This document shows, piece by piece, positions 1 to 8,925 of a stretch of DNA of 40,661 nucleotides (position 1 is its first letter; each line of letters opens with the position of its first letter). Origin of the DNA: an uncultured Pelagibacteraceae bacterium (GTDB lineage Bacteria; Pseudomonadota; Alphaproteobacteria; Pelagibacterales; AG-422-B15); the NCBI GenBank assembly GCA_902565955.1, contig CACFGR010000003.1, positions 1-40,661 of the forward strand, in the 5' to 3' direction. The translations under genes and the position numbers were made by a program. Below the pieces are notes generated by a model. It saw nothing but the letters and a program-made list of their open reading frames with translations. It did no database searches and was not told the origin of the DNA.

Positions 1-1
1 T

Positions 2-3000
2 TTCCATACCCATTTGCATTGCTGCCATTGGGTCATTCATCATCATGTTTGGATCCATACCCATGGATGCACCCATATCATACATCGCCATAGGATCCAT
101 TGGTCCTGGCATCATACCGCCCATCATTGGATCCATCATTCCCATTGGCGCGCCTCCTGCCATTGGGTCCATCATTGGCATTCCTGGCATTCCCATAGGT
201 CCCATATCCATTGGTCCCATGCCCATCATTGGTCCCATATCCATTGGCATTCCTGGCATTCCCATTGGGCCCATGCCCTCCATACCAGGAAGCATAGACA
301 TATCCATATCCATCATTCCACCAAAGTCTGCAGGGCCAATCATTTCTGCTGTCATCATCGGCCCCATAAACATTTCACCTGCTTGCATTTGAGCTTGCAT
401 CATTCCTTGCATATCAGCCATCGAAGCCTGCATATCCACTTGTAATTGAGCAATCATATCTGCTCCCATTACATCTCCCATATCAGCCATGAAAGCGGCA
501 CCTTGATTACCCATCATTTGTGTCATACCGGCAGCCATCATGCCTGCCATCTCAGGATTTGCAGCAGCCATTTGACCCATAAACTCTCCAGCAAGGTCAG
601 CCATTCCACCTTGTGTAGCTAACTGTGCCATACCACTTGCTATGTTTGCTGCAAGCTCTGGGTTATTTGCAACTAGGTCGCCCGCAAATTCTGCGGCAGC
701 GCCTGGATCAAACTGAGCCATTCCAGCGGCAACTTGACCAGCTATCGCAGGATTGGCTTCGGCCATCGATCCTGCAATTGCACCTACGGCATCAGGCGCT
801 AGTTCAGCAACACCTGCGGCAACTAAAGTTGCGGCAGCAGGATTTGCACTTGCCATTGCACCTGCAACATCTCCAGCAAGAGCTGGGTCGATAGCAGCAA
901 GGTTACCTGCGATTTCTCCTGCAGCTGCAGGGTTAGCCTGCGCCATTCCACCCGCAAAAGCTCCAGCTGCATCGGGATTAGCAGCAGCTACATCTTGCAT
1001 AATTCCAACAGCAGCCTCTCCATCAGGAATAGCTGCTAAAACTCCACCTGCAACAGCACCAGCGGCGGCAGGATTTGATGTCATTGCTGCGTCAATTACT
1101 CCAGCAGCAACATCAGGATTATCAGCAACCATTGCGCCGACAACTGTGCCAGCAGCAACAGGTGCCATTTCAGCCACACCACCAGCAATATCGTTAACTA
1201 AATTTGGATCTGCTCCAACCATCTCCATTGCAACACCTGCTGCAACTTGTGGATTACCAGCAGCGGCTCCGCCAGCGATATCTCCTGCCATATCAGGATT
1301 CGCTTCCATCATGCCTACTGCAATTTCACCTGCTTGTTGTGGAGCACCCGCGGCCATACCGCCAGCAATCTCACCTACAAAATTTTCGGCCATATCAGGA
1401 TTGGCCATAGCAGCATCCATCATGATACCCGCCATGTCACCAGCAATATCAGGATCACCGACTGCCATACCTTGAGCAATTGCTCCAACTGCATTTCCTG
1501 CAAAATTTTCAACTAACGCATCAAGTTGTTCTGGGTTAAGATCTGGATTCGCCGTAGCAGCGTTTTCTGCAAACTCTGCGGCAAAATCAGGTGCCATTGC
1601 AACTTCCATCATTGCACCTGCAACGTCTCCTGCAACTTCAGGGGCTGCGTTTGCCATACCTGCAGCAGCCGCAGAGGCAGCAGCAGGATTAGCTTCCATC
1701 ATCGCACCAGCGGCTTCAGCAGCAAGAGCTGGATCAGCTTCTGCTATAGCGCCAGCTACAGCACCGGCAGCGCCTGGAACATTTTCAGCAACAGCGGCAG
1801 CCATATCAGCAGCACCATCTGGATTTGCTTCAACCATCGCACCGGCTACGTCACCAGCGGCACCAGGAGCCATTTGTGCAACACCTCCTGCAATATCTCC
1901 CATTAATTCTGGATTGGCATTAACCATATCTGTAGCAACTTGAGCAGCAATATTAGCATCACCTCTTGCAACTCCGCCAGCGATTGCACCAGCTGCATCA
2001 GGCGCAGCTTCCATCATTGCAGTCGCAGCATCAGCAGCCAATTCAGGAGCAGCATCTGCTAAACTTTGCGCTGCTAAACCTGCAGTATCAGGGTTTGCAG
2101 CAACCATTGCGCTTGCGGCGTCTGCAGCAATCTCAGGAGCGGCTTCTGCCATTGCTCCCATTGCAGCTCCTGCAGCAATTGGATTTGCTTCAGCCATTGC
2201 AGCAGCCATATCTGTTGCAGCTTCTGGATTTGCTTCAACCATTGCACCAGCAACATCACCAGCTGCACTAGGTGCAAACTCAGCAACACCGCCAGCAATA
2301 TCAGCTGCGGCATCTGGATTTGCAGCAGCCATAGCAGTTGCTATATCAGCAGCTTGTCCAGGGTCTCCAGCGGCCATGCCGCCAGCAATATCTCCTGCTA
2401 ATTCTGGATTAGCTGCAACCATCGCACCAGCAACATCAGCAGCTTGATCAGGTGCAGCGGCAGCAATTCCTTGAGCAATCCCTTGAGCGGCCTCAGGAGC
2501 AGCATCCATCATAGCGCCAGCAATTTCTCCAGCAATTTCTGGATTTGCTCCAGCCATTCCTTCAGCAATATCTCCAGCAACATCTGGATTAGCGGCAGCC
2601 ATAGCACCAGCAGCATCTGCAGCAAGATCAGGCAATGTATCTGCTATCGCGCCAGCAGTACCTTCAGCAGCCATTGGATTTGCTTCAGCCATAGCACCAG
2701 CAACGGCTAATGCAGCATCAGGGTTCAATTCAGCAACAGAACTCATCATATTATCAGCAGCACCGGGTGCAGTTTCTGCAAGAACGGCAGCCATTGTAGC
2801 TGTGGCTTCAGGGTTTGCTTCAATTAACGTGTTCGCAACATTTTCCATAGCGACAGGTGCGGCCATTGCAACTCCAGTAGCAATGTCACCCGCAATATCA
2901 GGATTAGCTGCAACCATCGCACCTGCAATATCAGCAGCAGCTTCAGGGTTAGCCATTGCCATTCCACCTGCGATATCAGCGGCAGCTTCAGGCGCAGCAG

Positions 3001-6000
3001 CGGCCATAGCATTTGCTGCATCAGCAGCAAGCTCTGGTGCGGCTTCCATCATTCCTTCTGCAGCCATTTGCGCAGCAGCAGGGTTGGCCTCAGCCATAGC
3101 AGCAGCAGCCTCAACGGCTAGTTCAGGATTACTCTCAGCAATAGCAGCAGCCATATCTCCAGCCATTTCAGGAGCAGCTTGAGCTACAGCGCCAGCCATA
3201 GCGGCAGCGGCTTCAGGTGCAGCTTCCATCATAGCTCCTGCGACATCAGCAACAGCGTCAGGATTTGCATTTGCCATTCCGCCTACAATTGCAGCAGCGG
3301 CATCTGGGTTTGCTTCAACTAGTGCGGTAGCAGCATCTGCAGCAGCTTCAGGTGCTTGAGCAGCAACGCCAGCAGCGATTGCTCCAGCGGCATCTGGATT
3401 AGCTTGGATCAATGCGGCAGCAGCTTCAGCAGCAGCTTCGGGTGCTTGAGCTGAAACAACATTTGCGATTGCTCCAGCTGCATTAGGATTAATCGCAGCC
3501 ATGTCTCCAGCAATATCAGCTGCCAAGTCTGGATCTGCGGCAGCAACAGTCGCGGCAATATTTGCTACAGCTCCTGCCATAGCTTCTGGGTTGACAGCGG
3601 CCATGTCAGCTGCAATATCTCCAGCAAGTTCTGGTGCGGCCTGAGCAACAGAAGTTGCGATTAGGGCAGCAGCGGCAGGATTGGCTTCAGCAAGTGAACC
3701 AGCCACATTCGCAGCAGCTTCAGGCGCAGCTTCCGCAACACCCGCAGCAATCATCCCAGCAGCTTGAGGTACAGCTTCTGCTAGCGCAGCAGCGGTATCT
3801 GCAGCAGCGCCAGGATCAACTTCTATTATTGCGGCAGTAATATCTTGAGCGGCTGCAGGATTAGCAGCAGTCATTGCAGTTGCAGCAGCAACTGCAGCTT
3901 CAGGGTTTGCATCTACAACGGCAGCCATTGCATCGCCAGCAGCAGCTGGTGCAATTTGTGCAACCCCTGTAGCAATATCATTTAGAGCTTCTGGATTGGC
4001 ATCGGCCATTGCTCCTATAACATCGCCAACAGCGTCAGGTGCGCTTCTTGCCATTCCACCTGCGATTGCTGAGGCAGCATCAGGTGCAGCTTCTGCCATT
4101 GCAACAGCAACATCAGCAGCCATTTCAGGATTACCACTTGCAATACCCGCAGCAACTGCGGATGCAGCTTCTGGTGCAGCTTCTGCCATTGCTGCAGCAG
4201 CCTGAGTTGCAATGTCAGTACTTCCGCCATCAAAGAAACCTGCATCGGCCACAACAGCAGCCATGCCTTGTGCTGCAGAAGCAGCAGCAGCAGGACTAGC
4301 TTCAGCCATTGCTGTAGCAGCAGCTACAGCTTGTTCAGGTGCAGACTCCATCAATGCACCAGCAATGTCTCCAGCAGCAGCTGGATTTGCTTCTGCCATT
4401 GCAGCTGCAAGTTCACCTGCAGCTTCAGGGTCATTCGAAATAAGTTCAGATGCAACAGATGCTGCAGCTTCTGGCGCAAATTGGGCGACTGCGGCAGCCA
4501 TGTCAGCAGCAGCGTCAGGGTTAGCATTAGCCATTGCAGCTGTTACTTCAGCAGCAAATTCTGGAATAGCAGCAGCTGTGCTTGCAGCGATTTGTGCAGC
4601 AGCTTCTGGGTTTGCCTCTGCTAATGCGAGAGCAGCGTCAGCGGCAACCTCTGGATTACCCGATGCAACTCCAGCAGCTATTACCCCCGATAATTCTGGT
4701 GCAGCTTCGGCAACAGCTCCGGCCACATCCGCAATAAGTTCAGGTGCAGCTTCGGCAAGTCCCGCCATCGCCTCACCAGCTGCAGCAGGGTTTGCTTCTG
4801 CCATTGCAGTTGCTATTTCAGCGGCAGCGCCTGGATCAGCGGCAGCCATTGCTCCCAACACTTCTCCAGCAGTTTCAGGTGCAACTTGTGCAACTTGTGC
4901 CGCCATGTCTGCATTAAAGTCTGCCATATCTTCCGGTGATACCCCAGGTATCTCAGCCATTTGTTCCATCATCTGACCTGCAATTTCACCTGCAGCTTCA
5001 GGATCAGCAGCCGCAACAGCGGTTGCAATGTTTGCTGTCATTTCAGCCATTTGTTCTGCAGGATCAAAATCTGCAGGGGCGCCAGGAATCTCTGCCATTT
5101 GCTCCATCATCGCTCCGGCAAGTTCTGCAGCCTGCTCCGGCGCAGCGGCTGTTGCTTGCGTAGCAATTGCAGTTGTCATATCAGCCATTTGTCCGGCCAT
5201 ATCAAATTCTTCAGGTACATTAGGAATGTCAGCCATAACTTCCATCATGGCTCCTGCTAAGTCTGCAGCTCCTTCTGGATCTGCCTGAACAGCAGCTGAC
5301 GCCATATTAGCAGTCATTCCAGCGCCAGTTTCAGCAAGCGCTTCAGGTTCAATTCCAGGTATCTCTGCCATTTGCTCCATCATCGTTCCAGCTAATTCAG
5401 CTGCGCCTTCAGGATCAGCGATAGTTGCTGCAGATGCAACGTTAGCTGTCATTACGGCAGCAGCTTCGGCAAGTGCGCCTTCGCTTGCATTACCGTCAAC
5501 GGCCGTCATAGCTTCTACCATTGCTCCAGCAACTTCTGCAGCAGCCTCAGGTACTGCACTTGCAACTTGGGTTGCAATTGCTGTTTGCATAGCTAATGCT
5601 TCATCTTGAGAAAAGTTTTCATTACCAGCAGCAACAGCTGCCATTTCACCTGCAATTTCCGTAGCGGCTTCCGGATTAACCTGAGCAACAGTTGCAGCAA
5701 TATTTGCAGCAGCACTTGGTGCAGCTTCAGCCATAGCAACGGCAGTTTCAGTAGCAAGTTCAGGTAATGCTTCACTTACAGCGCCAACAGCAGCGCCTGC
5801 AGTTGCAGGATTTGCGTCAGCCATTGTTGCGGCTGCTTCAACTGCTTGTTCTGGTGCAACTTCTGCAATTGCTCCCATAACTCCCTCAGCAGTTCCAGGA
5901 GCTGACTCAGCGATTTGTTCAGCAATATCTGCAATTGCTTCAGGATTTGCTTCCATCATTGCGCCAGCAATATCACCAGCTAATACTTGTGCAACTTCAG

Positions 6001-7510
6001 CTGCAGCGCCTTGCGCTTCAGCAATTGTTTCTTGAGCAGCAGCTTGTACTTCAGTTATTGCGGCTTGAGCTTGAGCTACTAAGTTTGGATCGTCAGATGT
6101 TAAATCTGCTTGTAAATCTGCCCTTGCCTCAGCTACTTGAGCTTGTGCTTCAGCCTGAGCAGCAGCAACTTCTTGCGCGGCATTTGCTTGTGCAGCAACA
6201 GCAACACCTGTTGCAATATCAGCGGCAGCTTCCGGATCAGCAGCGGCCATTTCTGTTGCTACTTCTGCAGCAACTTCAGGATTACCTTGTGCAACTCCGC
6301 CAGCAATTGCAGCGGCAGCCTCTGGAGCAGCTTCTTGCATGGCCATAGCAGCATCACCCGCTTGGTCAGGTGCAAGTTCAGCCATCACTTCAGCAGCTGC
6401 TCCCGCAGCAGCTGGTGCAACTTCAGCCATAGCGGCAGTTGCTTCAATTGCTTGCTCTGGAGCAGCTTCAATAATTGCTTCTGTAGCAAGTGCAGCAGCG
6501 GCTGGATTCGCCTCAGCTATATCCGCGCATAATTCCACAGCTCCATCAGGATTTGATGCCATCATTTCTTGAACCATTTCCGCAGCTGCTTCTGGATTAG
6601 ATGCAGCGGTACCAGCAATAATTTCAGCGGCAGCGTCAGGGTTCATTTCAATCATCTCTGCAATTATTTCTTGTGTTGCGGCTTGCGATGCTTCAAGCGC
6701 GGCCTCTTGACCTGCTTGGTTATTGTCTAAAAGTGTATCTTGTAAATCAGTTTGAATGTCAACAATGCCTTCTTGACCGACTTCAGAAAATTGTGTTTGT
6801 GCTTCTGCTTGCGCTTCTGCATTAGCTTGAGCAGTTTCTTGATTAACTTCAGCTATAGCGGCTTGCGCAACTCCGGACGCAACACCTGCGGCAACAGCGG
6901 CAGCCGCTTCTGGCGCAGCTTGAGCCATTGCAGTTGCGACTTGTGAAGCAGATTCAGGGTCAACAGCAGCTACTGCACTGGCTGCTCCGCTTGCAGCTGC
7001 TGGGTTTGCAGCAGCCATTGATGCAGCAGCATCAACAGCATGTTCAGGTGCTGCTTGCGCAACGGCACTCGCAACTGCTCCTGCAGCAGCTGGAGCAACC
7101 TCAGCTATGGCGGCAGCCATGTCTGCGGCACCTTCAGGATTTATTTGTGTAAGAGATGCGGCAACAGCACCAGCGGCAGCTGGAACATTTTGCACTACAT
7201 CCGAGGCAACTTCCTCGGCAATGTCTGGCGCTGCACTTGCCATAGCGGCTGCAGTTGCATTTGCAGTAGCAGGAGCGGCAGCGGCAATAGCACCTGCGAT
7301 TTCAGCAGCTTGTTCAGGTATAGCTTGTGCTGTAACTGTAGCTATTTGTTGTGCAGCTGCAGGATTTGCTTGCACTACGGCAGCAAGCATCTCATCTGAA
7401 TTATCATTATTTGCTGCGTAATTTTGTATTAGTGCCTGTTGTTCCTCTTGTGACCCTGCTGCGGCGACCTGTTGAAAAAATTCTTGAGCTTCTGCTGGAC
7501 TTACTGGCAT
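2..7510 (-). CDS. Giant acidic Ala-rich repeat protein (>=2503 aa, 3' end outside window); candidate type I-secreted surface protein
   Basis: ATG at 7510 (MPVSPAEAQEFFQQVAAAGSQEEQQALIQ...) preceded by purine-rich AAGGGAAAGGGA. The same frame still reads ...PMAAMQMGME at base 2. The ORF track lists nothing in this frame, as expected if no stop occurs before the edge. Repeats look like MAEANPAAAGDIAGA. Confidence 0.93.
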   Translation of the reverse strand, partial: MPVSPAEAQEFFQQVAAAGSQEEQQALIQNYAANNDNSDEMLAAVVQANPAAAQQIATVTAQAIPEQAAEIAGAIAAAAPATANATAAAMASAAPDIAEEVASDVVQNVPAAAGAVAASLTQINPEGAADMAAAIAEVAPAAAGAVASAVAQAAPEHAVDAAASMAAANPAAASGAASAVAAVDPESASQVATAMAQAAPEAAAAVAAGVASGVAQAAIAEVNQETAQANAEAQAEAQTQFSEVGQEGIVDIQTDLQDTLLDNNQAGQEAALEASQAATQEIIAEMIEMNPDAAAEIIAGTAASNPEAAAEMVQEMMASNPDGAVELCADIAEANPAAAALATEAIIEAAPEQAIEATAAMAEVAPAAAGAAAEVMAELAPDQAGDAAMAMQEAAPEAAAAIAGGVAQGNPEVAAEVATEMAAADPEAAADIATGVAVAAQANAAQEVAAAQAEAQAQVAEARADLQADLTSDDPNLVAQAQAAITEVQAAAQETIAEAQGAAAEVAQVLAGDIAGAMMEANPEAIADIAEQIAESAPGTAEGVMGAIAEVAPEQAVEAAATMADANPATAGAAVGAVSEALPELATETAVAMAEAAPSAAANIAATVAQVNPEAATEIAGEMAAVAAGNENFSQDEALAMQTAIATQVASAVPEAAAEVAGAMVEAMTAVDGNASEGALAEAAAVMTANVASAATIADPEGAAELAGTMMEQMAEIPGIEPEALAETGAGMTANMASAAVQADPEGAADLAGAMMEVMADIPNVPEEFDMAGQMADMTTAIATQATAAAPEQAAELAGAMMEQMAEIPGAPADFDPAEQMAEMTANIATAVAAADPEAAGEIAGQMMEQMAEIPGVSPEDMADFNADMAAQVAQVAPETAGEVLGAMAAADPGAAAEIATAMAEANPAAAGEAMAGLAEAAPELIADVAGAVAEAAPELSGVIAAGVASGNPEVAADAALALAEANPEAAAQIAASTAAAIPEFAAEVTAAMANANPDAAADMAAAVAQFAPEAAASVASELISNDPEAAGELAAAMAEANPAAAGDIAGALMESAPEQAVAAATAMAEASPAAAASAAQGMAAVVADAGFFDGGSTDIATQAAAAMAEAAPEAASAVAAGIASGNPEMAADVAVAMAEAAPDAASAIAGGMARSAPDAVGDVIGAMADANPEALNDIATGVAQIAPAAAGDAMAAVVDANPEAAVAAATAMTAANPAAAQDITAAIIEVDPGAAADTAAALAEAVPQAAGMIAAGVAEAAPEAAANVAGSLAEANPAAAALIATSVAQAAPELAGDIAADMAAVNPEAMAGAVANIAATVAAADPDLAADIAGDMAAINPNAAGAIANVVSAQAPEAAAEAAAALIQANPDAAGAIAAGVAAQAPEAAADAATALVEANPDAAAAIVGGMANANPDAVADVAGAMMEAAPEAAAAMAGAVAQAAPEMAGDMAAAIAESNPELAVEAAAAMAEANPAAAQMAAEGMMEAAPELAADAANAMAAAAPEAAADIAGGMAMANPEAAADIAGAMVAANPDIAGDIATGVAMAAPVAMENVANTLIEANPEATATMAAVLAETAPGAADNMMSSVAELNPDAALAVAGAMAEANPMAAEGTAGAIADTLPDLAADAAGAMAAANPDVAGDIAEGMAGANPEIAGEIAGAMMDAAPEAAQGIAQGIAAAAPDQAADVAGAMVAANPELAGDIAGGMAAGDPGQAADIATAMAAANPDAAADIAGGVAEFAPSAAGDVAGAMVEANPEAATDMAAAMAEANPIAAGAAMGAMAEAAPEIAADAASAMVAANPDTAGLAAQSLADAAPELAADAATAMMEAAPDAAGAIAGGVARGDANIAAQVATDMVNANPELMGDIAGGVAQMAPGAAGDVAGAMVEANPDGAADMAAAVAENVPGAAGAVAGAIAEADPALAAEAAGAMMEANPAAASAAAAGMANAAPEVAGDVAGAMMEVAMAPDFAAEFAENAATANPDLNPEQLDALVENFAGNAVGAIAQGMAVGDPDIAGDMAGIMMDAAMANPDMAENFVGEIAGGMAAGAPQQAGEIAVGMMEANPDMAGDIAGGAAAGNPQVAAGVAMEMVGADPNLVNDIAGGVAEMAPVAAGTVVGAMVADNPDVAAGVIDAAMTSNPAAAGAVAGGVLAAIPDGEAAVGIMQDVAAANPDAAGAFAGGMAQANPAAAGEIAGNLAAIDPALAGDVAGAMASANPAAATLVAAGVAELAPDAVGAIAGSMAEANPAIAGQVAAGMAQFDPGAAAEFAGDLVANNPELAANIASGMAQLATQGGMADLAGEFMGQMAAANPEMAGMMAAGMTQMMGNQGAAFMADMGDVMGADMIAQLQVDMQASMADMQGMMQAQMQAGEMFMGPMMTAEMIGPADFGGMMDMDMSMLPGMEGMGPMGMPGMPMDMGPMMGMGPMDMGPMGMPGMPMMDPMAGGAPMGMMDPMMGGMMPGPMDPMAMYDMGASMGMDPNMMMNDPMAAMQMGME
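173..265. repeat. Exact short duplications within the Met/Gly/Pro-rich domain
   Basis: cattggcattcctggcattcccat at 173-196 and 242-265 (MGMPGMPM); ggtcccatatccattgg at 198-214 and 231-247. Confidence 0.9.
600..7395 (-). repeat. Degenerate ~45-bp / 15-aa tandem coding repeat array, consensus approx. (M/V)AxA(N/A/D)PEAA(A/G)(D/E)(I/V)A(G/A)(A/G)
   Basis: Pro recurs every 15 residues, e.g. MAEANPAAAGDIAGA-LMESAPEQAVAAATA-MAEASPAAAASAAQG; roughly 130 units by rough estimate, with several insertions. Confidence 0.9.
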
Positions 7511-7541
7511 TAAATATTCCCTTTCCCTTATTTATAATAAA

Positions 7542-8891
7542 TCAAGATGACGTATTGAATGTTCCTTCCCTAGAATTATCTTCAACCATTTCAGGCTGGA
7601 GTAGATCTATTACATCTAAAACTTCATAAACTGATGTTAATAAAGACATGCTATCGTCAGAAAGATCCTTGAGAGAGCTTTCAAGAGCATCTTCTGCTGC
7701 TAGGACTGCAGCAGCATCTGTTTGATCGGCGGCTCTTTCTTTCTGTGCTATCGTAAGTAACTCTTTTGCTATTGTTGCTTCATTCTCACTGTAGGAGAGC
7801 ATTGTCCTTGCATTGGCATATTCAATCCAAGCGTCTTTTGCAGCCTTGATCGTATCACGCTCTTTGAGTGCTAAGTCATTTATTGCTCTTTCTAGTGCTG
7901 AACGATCATTTAAATATCCTGGCATCTCCATGTATAAACCAGATATTGGAAATTCAACTGTTACTTTCATTTGTTCTTCGTAATGATTACCAGTTGTATG
8001 TGATGCATCGTCTTTATATGAAAGCTTTGCTTCTGCGTCTACAGTGGGTCCAAAATTAGCTAAAGCAGAACTGAGATCGTTCTTTGCAATGTCAACATCC
8101 ATTTTAGCAATTCGTAAGTCTCTATTATTTGCAAGCGCCATAACAACTGTAGCTTCCATAGATTTAGGCATCATACTGATGACTGATGGCGCTAGCCTTG
8201 GTTTGCGTAATTGATTAACATTAACATCGTCTACTTTAAATAGTTTCTCATAGGTAAACTTTGCTGATTTAAAACTTTTTTCGTCACTTATTAGTGTTTT
8301 TTGTGCGTTAGCAAGTTGCCTTTTGGCTTTAAGAACGTCTGAAGCTAATCCAGAGCCAACCTGAACTCTTATTTCTTCTTGTCCAGAAGTTTGACGAGTG
8401 TTTGCTTCTGCTGATATGGAAGCTTCCAACTTCTCATTAGCTTTAATTAATCCAAGGTAAGCATCTGCAGCCTCTATCAACAAATCATTCCTAGCAGTAG
8501 TTAATTCAAGTTCTGATTTTTTTAACTCTAGTCTTTTATTTGATATTTCAGACATTGTTGCGCCAGAGTCCATTATTTTTTGTTTCCAAGTCAAGTCATG
8601 AGTGTCGAAATTTAATTGTGAGTTAGAACTTGCTGTTGCAGCGTCATACTTATCATTTCTTCCTGATTCATACTTCCATGAAAGATCAGGAGCATAAGCA
8701 AGAATTGAATCTGTTATATCCCTTCCAGCTTCTTCAACTTCTTTTTTTGCATTGATTACATCTTCATGGCTACTTAAAACAACATCAACCATTTCAGATA
8801 AAGTTTCTGATTTAGAAGGAAGAATTAATAACATGAATGCAATAAATGAATACATCATGTAACAAATAAATTGCTTGAATTTTATCATCAT
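7542..8891 (-). CDS. TolC-family outer membrane channel
   Basis: ~450 aa with a signal-peptide-like N-terminus and two OEP-like halves (EAADAYLGL...DVLKAKRQL; AKDAWIEY...AVLAAEDAL). Start moved from 8933 to ATG 8891 because GAGG lies upstream of it and the predicted -10 box overlaps the longer start. Confidence 0.85.
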   Translation of the reverse strand: MMIKFKQFICYMMYSFIAFMLLILPSKSETLSEMVDVVLSSHEDVINAKKEVEEAGRDITDSILAYAPDLSWKYESGRNDKYDAATASSNSQLNFDTHDLTWKQKIMDSGATMSEISNKRLELKKSELELTTARNDLLIEAADAYLGLIKANEKLEASISAEANTRQTSGQEEIRVQVGSGLASDVLKAKRQLANAQKTLISDEKSFKSAKFTYEKLFKVDDVNVNQLRKPRLAPSVISMMPKSMEATVVMALANNRDLRIAKMDVDIAKNDLSSALANFGPTVDAEAKLSYKDDASHTTGNHYEEQMKVTVEFPISGLYMEMPGYLNDRSALERAINDLALKERDTIKAAKDAWIEYANARTMLSYSENEATIAKELLTIAQKERAADQTDAAAVLAAEDALESSLKDLSDDSMSLLTSVYEVLDVIDLLQPEMVEDNSREGTFNTSS

Positions 8892-8925
8892 AATAACCTC
8901 ATCAAATAAATTGGACTCAACGAAG

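Noticed and set aside
14-445. His/Trp-rich + strand ORF resembling a metal-binding protein
   Set aside because: It is the antisense shadow of the Met-rich domain: ATG codons read as CAT (His) on the + strand
2-600. Similarity to reflectin or GroEL GGM tails
   Set aside because: Only compositional; lacks the Tyr/Arg/Trp richness of reflectins and any chaperonin domain
600-7395. Possible CRISPR array or DNA-level satellite
   Set aside because: Units vary at synonymous positions and show no constant repeat with unique spacers; the periodicity is protein-level
600-7395. Phage tape measure or MgtE-N/FliG-type repeat identity
   Set aside because: No phage genes nearby; the regular Pro every 15 aa and lack of basic and aromatic residues do not fit tape measures, and MgtE-N repeats are shorter and Leu-rich
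45-7629. Many + strand Ala/Ser/Ile-, Gln/Leu- or Cys/Ser-rich ORFs and short off-frame minus ORFs
   Set aside because: Shadows of the GCN-rich giant ORF; fragmented, mostly non-ATG starts, and no RBS seen
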